Origin: Vicinamibacteria bacterium
GTDB taxonomy: Bacteria > Acidobacteriota > Vicinamibacteria > Marinacidobacterales > Marinacidobacteraceae
Reading direction: 5' to 3'
DNA length: 64,000 nt
Assembly: GCA_963422395.1 (NCBI GenBank)
Contig: OY729431.1
Span: 960,001-1,024,000 of the forward strand
The translations under genes were made by a program, and so were the position numbers. Below are positions 18,663-28,199 of the stretch, piece by piece. Every line of letters begins with the position of its first letter. Position 1 is the first letter of the stretch. Below the pieces are notes generated by a model that saw nothing but the letters and a program-made list of their open reading frames with translations, was not told the origin of the DNA and made no database searches.

Positions 18663-20720
18663 GTGAGCGAGAGCGGGGCGGGGCTTCTCTCCGGGCGCCC
18701 GGGGAGCCGGCTCTGGGTGTTCGGCCCCGTAAACGATCTGCTGCTGCTGATCGCGACTCCGGCGCTCATCCTGCCGGTGGCGTTCCTGGTTCAGGGCCGG
18801 GAGGCCGCTGCCGCCGTGGGTCTGCTGGTGGCCGGTTTCGGCGCCCTCGGCCACCACCTGCCGGGGATGATGCGCGCCTACGGGGACCGGGCGCTCTTTT
18901 CGAGGTTCCGCGCGCGATTCCTGTTCGCGCCGCTCGCCTTCCTCGCTGCCGCGCTCGGCTTCGCGCTGCACGGGTTGAACGGGGTGTCGCTCCTGGTGCT
19001 GGTCTGGGGGGTCTGGCACGGAGCGCTGCAGGTGTACGGCTTCCTCAGGATCTACGACGCCCGAGCGGGCGCCTTCGGCCGTTGGAACTCGCGCCTCGAC
19101 TTCGCGATGTGTCTCGGGTGGTTCGGCTTCGGCGTCCTCCATTCCCCGGGCCGCCTCGGTGAGCTGCTGGAGCTGTGGTACGCCCTCGGCGCGCCCCTGG
19201 TTTCCCCGGAGTGGTTCTTCGGATTTCGCGGGGGTTTCGATCTGGCCCTCGCCGGGCTCACCGCGCTGTTCGTCTTCCGCGCCGCGCGGGACCTGCTCGC
19301 CGGACGCGGACAGCACCCGGTGAAACTGCTGGCCGCCGCGATGTCCTTCGGGTTCTGGTGGTGGTGTTCGGTTGCGGTCCCTCACGCGGTTCTCGGCGTC
19401 GCGCTCTTCGAGGTCTTCCACGATGTGCAGTACCTGGCCATCGTCTGGGCGTTCAACCAGCGCCGCGCCCGCGAAGGCGGCGCCGGACGTTTCACCCGCG
19501 TTCTCTTCGGCGGGGGGAGAGCGATGATCTTCCTCTATGTCGGCCTCGTCCTCGGGTACGGGCTCCTGCGCTTCGTTCCCGAGGTGGTATCCGCGCCCGC
19601 AGTGGGGCGGTTCGTCTTCGCGGTCGTGGCAGCCTCGACGATGCTCCATTTCTACTTCGATGGCTTCCTCTGGAAGATCCGGGAGGCCGACACCGGGCGA
19701 GCGCTCGGCATCCATCGGGCTCCGAGGGCGGTTCCCGCCGCCGCCGTCCGGAGCGCGATCCTCACCCCCCACGCGGCGAAGTGGGCCGGGCTCTTCGCCC
19801 TGCCGCTCGTCCTGCTGTTCGGGCTCGAAACCCGTGCCGCGGCAGAGCCGCTCGGGAAGCGGTACGAGAACCTGACCGCCATCGTTCCCGACAGCGCCGA
19901 ATTCCAGCACAACCTGGGATTCGCCTACCGGGAGGCGGGGCAGCTCGAAGCGGCGGAAGCTCGCTACCGCCGGGCCCTCTCGATCGACCCCGGCTATCCG
20001 CGCGCTCACGCCAACCTGGGAGTCGCGCTGCTGTCGCGAGGAGCGTGGGAGGAGGCGGAGACCTCGCTTCGGCGGGCGCTGGAACTCGACGAAGGCTATG
20101 CCGCCGCGCACCATAACCTGGGCTTCATCCAGGAACGGGTCGGCGCCCGGCTCGCCGCGGAACGCCACTACCGCCGGGCGGTCGAGCTGGACTCCGAACT
20201 CGTCGAGCCGCGGCTGGGGCTCGCCCGGATGCTGCTCGCCGCCGACGATGTTTCCGGTGCCGAGCCCGTGCTCGAAGCGGCGCTGCGGGTGGATCCCGGC
20301 GCCTTCGAGGCCCACCGGAATCTCGGCCTGATCCGGGCACGGCGCGGCGATCACCCCGCGGCGCTCGCCCATCTCGAAGCATCGCTGGCCGCGGCGCCGG
20401 ACGATCCGGCGGCGCTCGAGACCGCCGCCTGGATCCTCTCGGTCACTCCGGAATACCGCGATCCGGAGCGCGCGGTCCGCTACGCGCGGCGCGCCTCCGA
20501 ACTGGCCCGCCATCTCGACCCTTCGGCTGCGGACACCCTGGGCGCGGCACTCGCCGCCGCTGGAGATTTCGAGGGGGCGCTCGTCGCCGCGAGGACTGCC
20601 GCGGCACTGGCCCTCGATGCCGGAGACCGCGGCCTCGCCGGGGAGATCGCGGCGCGGATCGCACTCTACGAAAGGGGGCGGCCGGTGACCCTTTCTCCTC
20701 GCGGGGGAGCCACCCGGTGA
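18663..20720 (+). CDS. Polytopic His-containing membrane protein fused to TPR repeats
   Basis: Several hydrophobic helices with GHH, WH...Q.YG, FHDVQY, HFYFDGFLWK; C-terminal AHANLG/AHHNLG/AHRNLG TPRs; start 18579 or 18663. Confidence 0.75.
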   Translation: MSESGAGLLSGRPGSRLWVFGPVNDLLLLIATPALILPVAFLVQGREAAAAVGLLVAGFGALGHHLPGMMRAYGDRALFSRFRARFLFAPLAFLAAALGFALHGLNGVSLLVLVWGVWHGALQVYGFLRIYDARAGAFGRWNSRLDFAMCLGWFGFGVLHSPGRLGELLELWYALGAPLVSPEWFFGFRGGFDLALAGLTALFVFRAARDLLAGRGQHPVKLLAAAMSFGFWWWCSVAVPHAVLGVALFEVFHDVQYLAIVWAFNQRRAREGGAGRFTRVLFGGGRAMIFLYVGLVLGYGLLRFVPEVVSAPAVGRFVFAVVAASTMLHFYFDGFLWKIREADTGRALGIHRAPRAVPAAAVRSAILTPHAAKWAGLFALPLVLLFGLETRAAAEPLGKRYENLTAIVPDSAEFQHNLGFAYREAGQLEAAEARYRRALSIDPGYPRAHANLGVALLSRGAWEEAETSLRRALELDEGYAAAHHNLGFIQERVGARLAAERHYRRAVELDSELVEPRLGLARMLLAADDVSGAEPVLEAALRVDPGAFEAHRNLGLIRARRGDHPAALAHLEASLAAAPDDPAALETAAWILSVTPEYRDPERAVRYARRASELARHLDPSAADTLGAALAAAGDFEGALVAARTAAALALDAGDRGLAGEIAARIALYERGRPVTLSPRGGATR

Positions 20721-22873
20721 AGAACACGACGAAGGTCGGCCTTCTCTTCTCTCGACTGCGCCCCCTGGCGCCCGCGGCGGTACTGGCCGGCGGCCTCTTC
20801 CCCGCTTCCGCGGGGAGTGCGCAGCAGGAAGAGATGGCCCCGCGCCACCGCGCCTTCCTCGAAGAGGAGGCCGCCTATATCGCTTCCGAAATCGAACGCG
20901 AGGCATTCGCCGCCCTATCGGGCGAGGACACCCGCGATGGCTTCATCGAAGCGTTCTGGCAGCGGCGCGATCCGAACCCCACCACCCCGGAGAACGAGTT
21001 CCGGGAGGAGCACTTCGCCAGGATCGCCTACGCGAACGAGTTCTACGGAAGGGATACCGGGCGTTCCGGCTGGCGCACCGACCGCGGCCGGTTCCACATC
21101 CTCCTGGGGCCACCGCGCATCACGGAGGACTTCTCCTACTCGAACTTCCTCTACCCGGCGGAGCTTTGGTTCTACAACGACTCGGCGCTCCGGGAGCGCG
21201 GTGTTCCGGCGTTCTTCTATCTGCTCTTCTTCCGGCCCTTCGGGGCTGGGGAGATGCGCCTCTACAGCCCGGTCGAAGACGGCCCGCAGGCGCTGCTCGT
21301 CGCCCCCGAGCCGTTCCATCGGGGAGACTTCCGGCAGAACATCCAAGCGGCCTACGACCAGCTCCACGAGATCAGCCCCGAACTCGCCTCGGCCGCGCTC
21401 TCCTTCCGGACCGACGAAGGTACGAACTTCGGTGACCTCCGCTCCTTCGGCACGGTGGCGCTCCTCGACGAGATCTACCGGTCGCCGACCTTCGGCATCG
21501 ACACCAGCTATGCCTCGCGCTTCGATCTCGGCAGCGTCGAAAGCGACTACCTCTTCCACCATGTTCCGAGCGCCGGGTTCCACCAGGTGCTGCCGGGGCC
21601 GGGCGGCTACTACCTGCACTGGGCCATCGAGATTCCGCCGGAATCGGTGATCGTGGTGCGGGATCCGGACATCGGTCGCTATGGCGCGGTGTTCCTCGCC
21701 TCGATCGAGATCTCCTCCCGCGAGGACCCGGAAAGAGTGCTCTATTCCGATCGGGCGGAGGCATTCTTCGCGGTGTCCGAGGAAGAAGCGGCGGCGCTCA
21801 CCCGCCCGTACCTGTTTCGCGGCACCGTGCCGGTGATTCCGGGGTCGCATGACTTGCGGGTCATCGTGCGGAACCGTGCCTGTCCGAGCCGCCGCGAAGA
21901 GGATTGCCGGCGCGCCTATACGCTGCTCGACGGGGCTTTCGAGGTCCCCGAGCTGCAGTTCGATACTCCGGACCTGACGGCTCCGGTACTCGCCTGGTCC
22001 AGCGAGCTGCTCGGCGGCGAGCCTCTCTACCGGGCCTATCGATTCGGACGCCGGATCCTTTCCCCGAATCCGGCGGGCATCTTCGCTTCCGGAGAGACCC
22101 TCTATCTGCTCGCCGAGCCGCTCAATGCGCCGGAAGGCGCGCGGGTCGCGTGGAGTGTGGTTCCAGATCCCGACGGGTTGGCTTCGGAGGAGCTGCTGCC
22201 GCCGCTGCCGCGCGAAGGCGCTGTTCCCGCACATGCCGAACGCGAGGGGCCGCTGGTGTTGAGGCAGCCGCTCGAAGGGTTGGTCGGCGGGCGCTACCTG
22301 GCGGTGATCCGACTCCTCAGCGCGTCCGACGCGGAGCTCGCGCGCCGGGAGGTCCGGTTCCAGATCACTCCGCGCGCAGTGGTGGCCCGGCCTGCGGTGG
22401 ACGGCGGCCTCGGGGAGAGCCGCCCCGAGCTGGCCGGAGCGCCCGAACTCGCGCGGGCACGGCAATGGGAGGCTGCCGGGGACCCCGCGATGGCCCGCGC
22501 CTTCGCCGAGGCGGCGGTGCGGGTGGGGCCCAACCTGGCGGCGGCGCGCGAACTGCTCGCCGCGCATCGGCTGCGGGAGGACGATCCGGCCGGTGCCGCG
22601 GCGTTGCTCGGCCCGGTGTTCGAGGCCCATCCGGACCGCTATGACGCCGCCCGCCGCCTTGGCGAGGCCCGGGTTCGAAGCGGTGCATTCGAGGCGGCGT
22701 TAGCTCCCCTCAACCGGGCGCTATCGCTGCGCGCGCCGGACGCTGACCTGCTGGTGCTGTTGGCCACCGCCCATCTCGTCCTCGGCGACGAGGAACGCGC
22801 CGGCGAATTCCTCGATCGGGCGCAGGCCCTCGATCCCGAAAACGAGCGCGTCTTGGCGCTCCGCCGCCGCTGA
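20717..22873 (+). CDS. GWxTD domain-containing protein with C-terminal TPRs
   Basis: FIEAFWQRRDPNPTTPENEF...GWRTDRGRFHILLGPP. Confidence 0.9.
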   Translation: MKNTTKVGLLFSRLRPLAPAAVLAGGLFPASAGSAQQEEMAPRHRAFLEEEAAYIASEIEREAFAALSGEDTRDGFIEAFWQRRDPNPTTPENEFREEHFARIAYANEFYGRDTGRSGWRTDRGRFHILLGPPRITEDFSYSNFLYPAELWFYNDSALRERGVPAFFYLLFFRPFGAGEMRLYSPVEDGPQALLVAPEPFHRGDFRQNIQAAYDQLHEISPELASAALSFRTDEGTNFGDLRSFGTVALLDEIYRSPTFGIDTSYASRFDLGSVESDYLFHHVPSAGFHQVLPGPGGYYLHWAIEIPPESVIVVRDPDIGRYGAVFLASIEISSREDPERVLYSDRAEAFFAVSEEEAAALTRPYLFRGTVPVIPGSHDLRVIVRNRACPSRREEDCRRAYTLLDGAFEVPELQFDTPDLTAPVLAWSSELLGGEPLYRAYRFGRRILSPNPAGIFASGETLYLLAEPLNAPEGARVAWSVVPDPDGLASEELLPPLPREGAVPAHAEREGPLVLRQPLEGLVGGRYLAVIRLLSASDAELARREVRFQITPRAVVARPAVDGGLGESRPELAGAPELARARQWEAAGDPAMARAFAEAAVRVGPNLAAARELLAAHRLREDDPAGAAALLGPVFEAHPDRYDAARRLGEARVRSGAFEAALAPLNRALSLRAPDADLLVLLATAHLVLGDEERAGEFLDRAQALDPENERVLALRRR

Positions 22874-22949
22874 CCCCCGCGGGGGAGTGAGGCGGCGGGA
22901 CGGCTCCGGCCCCGCCGCCGAGCCGGGGAGGGTTGGCCCCCGGCTAGAA
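22874..22949. terminator. GC-rich hairpins between convergent genes
   Basis: ggcggcggg...cccgccgcc and agccgggg...ccccggct stems. Confidence 0.45.
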
Positions 22950-25835
22950 CTAGAACTGGTAGCGGACGCCCAGTTTGAAACTGCGAGGCTCGAGGAAGCC
23001 GATGACCTTGCCGTACGCGGAACCAGCGCGGATCACCTGATTCAACACCGGATTGGCGTTCGTCATGTTGTAGGCGTCGAAGAACAACGACAGGCGGTCC
23101 CGTTCCCAGAACGACAGGTCCTTCTCGAACCGCAGGTCGAGGATCAAGACATTGTCGGAACGCTCGGTCATGTCGGAGAGCGGCACCTGGTTCGTTCCCG
23201 CCCCGCCGGGAATGCTGATCGGCTGGATCGGCGCGTAAGCCCAGCCGCTCTGCGCCCGGTACTGGAAGGAGATCGCCGCCCCGATGTTCGGGATCTGGTA
23301 GCGGCCGATCGCTTTGAGGTTCCAGTTGGAGTGCTTCTGCTTCGTGCTCACCGCCGAATTCCAGTTCAGCCCGCTGCCCTGGATCCCGAGCGTCCAGGGG
23401 TCGGCCTGGGTGTCGGCGCTCGACGAACTGCCGCAGCAGACGAGCTCGTTTCGCCACTGGTAGTGGAAACTGCCCTGCAGGAAGAGGCCGCTGCGGAACC
23501 GCCGCCCGAGACCGACCTCGATGTTGTCGTATTCGTTCGAATCGAGTCCGGGAGGCCCGGTATCCACCGCGTTGGCCGTTCCCGTTCCCTCGGGCGGCCG
23601 CGTCATCGAGGTGATGGGCTGGCCGGTGTTCGCGTTCATGGGGCAGGGGAAGACCGCGTCGCCGCAGAGGATCGCGCTGTTCAGGAGTGCGTCGAGGAGA
23701 TCCGCCCGGTAGGTGTCGAAGACATTCCGGTCCATCTTGCGGACATAGGAAATCCGCAGGTTCGTCTCCGGCATCACCTCGCTCTCGAGAGAGGCGGTGA
23801 TCTCGTCGTAGTAGCGCTTCTGGCTGAGGTCCACCGGCACCCCGCCCTCGACTCGGCCCACCGGCAGGCCGGTGCCCGACGACTGGCTCAACAGGTCACC
23901 CAGCTCGTTCTGCCCGTCGTAGGTTCCGTTTCCGTTGGGATCGAGGAACTGGAAGATGACCTGTTGGCGGGAGGCGGGGTTGGCGCTCTGGAAGCCGTCG
24001 GGCCCCACATTGTGGGTGTAACGGCTGGCCGACGCCTTGACGACGGTCCGGCCCTCGCCAGTCAGGTCGTAGGTAACGGCGAAGCGGGGGTAGAAGTCGT
24101 TCCAGGTGAAGATGTCCTTCTCCGAAATGGAGACGCCGCTCAGGAAGAACTCGCTGTACGCCGGCGCCAGTTCGGCGGAGTTGTAGTAGCCGTGCTGGTT
24201 GGCCACCCGGATGCCCGCGGTGATCGTCAGACGCGGATTCACCTGCCAGGTGTCCTGGGCGAAGAAGTGCAGGTTCGCGTCCCTGGTATCGGATACCGCT
24301 GTCGGGGTGTTCACGAAGAGGATCTCGGAGGTCCCCGTCGGATTCGTCGGGCTGACGAGGCTCGACCGGTCGCGGTACTGGATGGACCCCGAGGCGTCGT
24401 TCGAAAAGAAGAGCCGGGCGTCTTCCATGTAGTCCACGCCGAACTTCAGGTCGTGGCTTCCGGCCGCGTCGGGGATGTAGTAGTTCAGGATGCCGACGAA
24501 CTGCGGCCGTTCCTTGTCGTAGGTGAACGGCCAGACGCCGGAGCCGGTGCGGCGCGTGGTATCGAGATCGATGCGGGGGGGATTCGTGTCAGGAGACACT
24601 GCCGGCACCATGGGCCAAGTGACGCCGTAGTACATCGCCTTCACATTCGAGAAGGCACGGTCGGACCAGACCCGCTGCCATTCGGCCTTGTGCACCCAGG
24701 TCCAGGAATCCTGGGCGAGGCGCACATCGGGCGAGTTCAGCGCATTGATTCCCCGATTCGGGCGGTACTTGAGACCCCACTGGCTGTAGCCGATCAGTTC
24801 GTCCTTTTCGGAGAGGGAGAAGTTGACCTTGGCGTAGTAGTTCCGCAGGACCGCCTCTTCCTTGATCGTTTCCGGGTCGAGGCCGGAAATGGTCCGGTGG
24901 GTGAGGTTGTTGTTGTAGGCGAGGAAGAACCAGGCCTTGTCCCGCCAGAGGGGTCCGCCCACATCGGCGTGCCCCTCCCAGTAGGTGAGCATGTGGTTCG
25001 TCCCTGCTCCGCGGCTTTCGAGCTCGGAGGTGAGGTTGTCGCCCACGAAGCTCTCGCCGAGGTAGTCGGCGTAGAGGAGCGCCGAGAGATCGTTTCCTCC
25101 GGTCTTGATATCCATCACGATCGTGTTCCCGGCCCAGGCGTTTTCCACATCGGCGCCGGCATTCGAGATGTTGAACTGATTGACGGTCAGGCTGTCCATG
25201 TAGAAACCGAAACCGCCGGTACTGAAATTGGAGTCCACTCCGTCGATGACGATCCGATTCTGATCGCGGAGTCCGAAGGCGTCGAAACCGGACTGCTGGG
25301 CCTTGTGCGAGCCCGCCACATCGAAGCCGCGCATCCGGATGCCCGGAGTGAGCGCGAGCATGGCGTGAGGATCGGTGGAGTTCGGCACCTCGAGGATGGC
25401 GGTCTCGTCGAAGGTCCCGCCGAAGCGGCTGGACTTCACATCCACCACCGGCGACTCCCCGGTGACGGTCACCGTCTCGGCGACCGCGGCCACCGAGAGG
25501 GTCTGGTTCACCGTGAAGGTCTGCCCGGTGACGACGGTCACCTCTTCCCGGACCACGGTGCCGAAGCCGGAGAGATCGAAGGTCATGGTGTAGCTGCCGG
25601 CGGGCAGGCCCTGGAAGCGGAATGAGCCGTCCACATCCGTGACCGCGACCCGGCTCCCGAGGAGAGCCGGAGAGGCGAGCGTTACCCGCACTCCCGGAAG
25701 CACGAGGCCCTGTTCGTCTTGCGCCACTCCGTCGAGGCGCCCGGCGGTGATCTGCGCGAACAGGGACACCGGGAGCAGCACTGCCGCGAAGATCGTCGCG
25801 AACTTCCACAGCTTTCGTTTCAGTGTCTTCGTCAT
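22950..25835 (-). CDS. TonB-dependent receptor (carboxypeptidase-regulatory N-domain type)
   Basis: Signal peptide, DEQGLVLPGVRV, ETVTVTGESPVVD, GGPLWRDKAWFF, FFAQDTWQV, C-terminal GVRYQF. Confidence 0.9.
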   Translation of the reverse strand: MTKTLKRKLWKFATIFAAVLLPVSLFAQITAGRLDGVAQDEQGLVLPGVRVTLASPALLGSRVAVTDVDGSFRFQGLPAGSYTMTFDLSGFGTVVREEVTVVTGQTFTVNQTLSVAAVAETVTVTGESPVVDVKSSRFGGTFDETAILEVPNSTDPHAMLALTPGIRMRGFDVAGSHKAQQSGFDAFGLRDQNRIVIDGVDSNFSTGGFGFYMDSLTVNQFNISNAGADVENAWAGNTIVMDIKTGGNDLSALLYADYLGESFVGDNLTSELESRGAGTNHMLTYWEGHADVGGPLWRDKAWFFLAYNNNLTHRTISGLDPETIKEEAVLRNYYAKVNFSLSEKDELIGYSQWGLKYRPNRGINALNSPDVRLAQDSWTWVHKAEWQRVWSDRAFSNVKAMYYGVTWPMVPAVSPDTNPPRIDLDTTRRTGSGVWPFTYDKERPQFVGILNYYIPDAAGSHDLKFGVDYMEDARLFFSNDASGSIQYRDRSSLVSPTNPTGTSEILFVNTPTAVSDTRDANLHFFAQDTWQVNPRLTITAGIRVANQHGYYNSAELAPAYSEFFLSGVSISEKDIFTWNDFYPRFAVTYDLTGEGRTVVKASASRYTHNVGPDGFQSANPASRQQVIFQFLDPNGNGTYDGQNELGDLLSQSSGTGLPVGRVEGGVPVDLSQKRYYDEITASLESEVMPETNLRISYVRKMDRNVFDTYRADLLDALLNSAILCGDAVFPCPMNANTGQPITSMTRPPEGTGTANAVDTGPPGLDSNEYDNIEVGLGRRFRSGLFLQGSFHYQWRNELVCCGSSSSADTQADPWTLGIQGSGLNWNSAVSTKQKHSNWNLKAIGRYQIPNIGAAISFQYRAQSGWAYAPIQPISIPGGAGTNQVPLSDMTERSDNVLILDLRFEKDLSFWERDRLSLFFDAYNMTNANPVLNQVIRAGSAYGKVIGFLEPRSFKLGVRYQF

Positions 25836-26073
25836 CGGGACGAGCCCTCCTCATCGAGAGAAGTCAGAAAAATCATGCCGGGGGCGCGCAAAGCCCCTCG
25901 GGGGCCGAGCAGCAAGAGCCGAACCATCCGAGGGGTGCTCGCTACTTCTACATAACCCCTTGACTCATGGTGATTCGATGGGTCGCTGCGGCGCTTCTGC
26001 CAGCTGAAGTTCCAAGAAATCGTACTCGACTTCGGATTTCTGGCGCGGGTTGTCCGGGGCATAATCTCGGGGG

Positions 26074-26928
26074 GTGAAGACCCGTACGGCGGCGCGCGCG
26101 AGAGAGCGGCTTGCGGTGTGCGCTCGGATCGAGCCCGAGGCCGAAGTCCGGCGGCGGGTGGGTTTCCTGAAGGAATATCTCGAGGCGAGCGGACAGCGCG
26201 CGCTGTGGCTGGCGGTTTCCGGCGGGGTGGATTCGGCGCTCTGCGGCCGTCTCTGTTCGCTTGCGGTCTCCGAACGCAAGCGCGAACGCGGCGGAGATCT
26301 CCGCTTCGTCGCGGTGAGGCTTCCCTACGGGGAGCAGCGCGATGCCGCCGACGCGGAGCGGGTGCTCGAATGGATCGGGCCCGACGAAATCGTGTCGGTG
26401 GAAATCGAAGCAGCCGTCCAGGCTCTCGAGGATGCACTGCCGAGGGACCGGCTCACGGAGTGCTCCGAATCAGGCCGCGACTTCGCCCGAGGGAACACGA
26501 AGGCGCGAATGCGGATGGCGGTCCAGTACCACCTCGCGAACCTCGGGGGCGGGCTGGTGGTAGGGACCGATCACGCTTCGGAGGCGCTCGTCGGTTTCTT
26601 CACCAAGTTCGGCGACGGGGCCGCCGATGTGATGCCGCTGTTCGGTCTCACGAAGGGACAGGTACGGCGGCTCGCGGCCCATCTGGGTGCTCCCCCGGAC
26701 ATCGTGAGCAAGGAAGCCACCGCCGACCTGGAAGATCTGCGGCCGCAGATTCCGGACGAAGAGGTGCTCGCACTGCGGTACGAGGAGATGGACGCCTATC
26801 TCGAAGGCCGTCCCGCGCCGGCTGCGGCCGCGGCCCGGATCGAGGCGCTCCACCGGCAGACCGAACACAAGCGCCGGGGGCCGGTCACCCCTCAGGACAC
26901 CTGGTGGCGCCAGAGCGGCGCGGAGTGA
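26074..26928 (+). CDS. nadE: Ammonia-dependent NAD+ synthetase
   Basis: SGGVDS, RLPYGEQ, GNTKARMRM, GTDHASE, GFFTKFGDG, TADLE, TEHKR. Confidence 0.95.
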   Translation: MKTRTAARARERLAVCARIEPEAEVRRRVGFLKEYLEASGQRALWLAVSGGVDSALCGRLCSLAVSERKRERGGDLRFVAVRLPYGEQRDAADAERVLEWIGPDEIVSVEIEAAVQALEDALPRDRLTECSESGRDFARGNTKARMRMAVQYHLANLGGGLVVGTDHASEALVGFFTKFGDGAADVMPLFGLTKGQVRRLAAHLGAPPDIVSKEATADLEDLRPQIPDEEVLALRYEEMDAYLEGRPAPAAAAARIEALHRQTEHKRRGPVTPQDTWWRQSGAE

Positions 26929-26955
26929 GGGGAGGTTCTCGACGATTCCGGCAGG

Positions 26956-27345
26956 ACCCCCGTTCACAGCATGGTGATTTGAATCGGACTCGCTGCCGCC
27001 CCACTGCGGCTGATCGGGAACCGGGTTCGAGGAACGGAAGGAGCGGCAGGAGTGCGATTCCCGGCGCGGAGCGTCGGGCGTTTCGGGGCGGGGCGGCAGC
27101 TCCCGGGAGGAGTGTGCTTCCTGCCCGTGGCCGGAAAACACCTGTTGCGCCCGAAGCGGAGCTTCGGGAGCGTCGCAGCGGGGGAAAGTGTGAAAGGGGG
27201 TTCACCCCCGTTCACAGGATGGTGATTTCGAATCGGACTCGCTGCCGCCCCACTGCGGCTGATCGGGAACCGGGTTCGAGGAACGGAAGGAGCGGCAGGA
27301 GTGCGATTCCCGGCGCGGAGCGTCGGGCGTTTCGGGGCGGGGCGG
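26956..27345. repeat. Two near-identical ~141-bp direct repeats (26956-27096 and 27204-27345)
   Basis: acccccgttcacag...tttcggggcggggcgg repeated with about 2 differences, 107-bp spacer. Confidence 0.9.
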
Positions 27346-27374
27346 GGCGGAAGCCTCGCCCCGCCCCGAAACGC
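27327..27374. terminator. Strong hairpin between convergent nadE and PaaI genes
   Basis: ~22-bp stem gcgtttcggggcggggcggggc / gcctcgccccgccccgaaacgc with GGAA loop. Confidence 0.65.
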
Positions 27375-28007
27375 TCAGGCCTGCTGGAGGAGGTAGGTCG
27401 CGAGCCCCACGGCAACGACGCGGTCGTTGTCCTCGACCACTTCGATCCGGGACACCACCAGCGTGCGCCCCTTGCGTACGACTTCGCCGATGGCGAGCAG
27501 GTCCCCCTGAACGATCCCCAGGATGCTCAATTTGTACTCCACCAGGCGGATGCTCACTCCGGGCGCGATCGAGGCGGCGGCCAGGTGCCCGGCGGCCACG
27601 CACATCGACCCGAGGACACCTCCTTCGAGCGGGCCCGGCTCGGTGTTTCCTGCTCTAGCCGGAAGGCGGACCCGCGAGACTCCGTTGTCGGCGTAGTCGA
27701 GGCGGAGCCCGAGGCCTCGCGCGAGCGGCGTCGCCTCGAGGTCCTTCTGCAGCCGTTTCCGCTGGACGGAGCGCTCGCGACTCTCTCCCTCCGGCGCCGG
27801 CTTGGCATCTTCGTCGAGGTCCACCGTTTCGAACTCCAGGACGGGTTCGGGAGCCTCCCCTTCGGAAACCGGAGCAGTAGCGCCGCGCCGGCGGGCGAAG
27901 AACGATTCGGGCGCACCGCGCGAGCGGCGCGGCACTGTCCTCCCCGGGGTTTTCCCGGACTGCTTCTTCGGTGTGTTCTCGTTGCCTGGGGGCTCGGACC
28001 TGCTCAT
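27375..28007 (-). CDS. PaaI family (hotdog-fold) thioesterase-like protein
   Basis: GLGLRLD..DNG, EGGVLGS, EYKLSIL, GEVVRKGRTLVVSRIEV; N-terminal low-complexity extension. Confidence 0.75.
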   Translation of the reverse strand: MSRSEPPGNENTPKKQSGKTPGRTVPRRSRGAPESFFARRRGATAPVSEGEAPEPVLEFETVDLDEDAKPAPEGESRERSVQRKRLQKDLEATPLARGLGLRLDYADNGVSRVRLPARAGNTEPGPLEGGVLGSMCVAAGHLAAASIAPGVSIRLVEYKLSILGIVQGDLLAIGEVVRKGRTLVVSRIEVVEDNDRVVAVGLATYLLQQA

Positions 28008-28199
28008 GCCCGCATCTCCATCTTCGCCTATCGGCTCCGGAGGCCTCGATCCGTCTGCAGCCGGAGCCCGGATTCTGGAAGACAGCAGGAATCCGATGCC
28101 CTCCGAGAGATGACCGAAAGCACGGTGCAGCAGATCGTATCACCCGAAAGGCGATTTCTCGGGGCATAACATTCTGCCTCTGGGATTGCCGGAGGAGCG

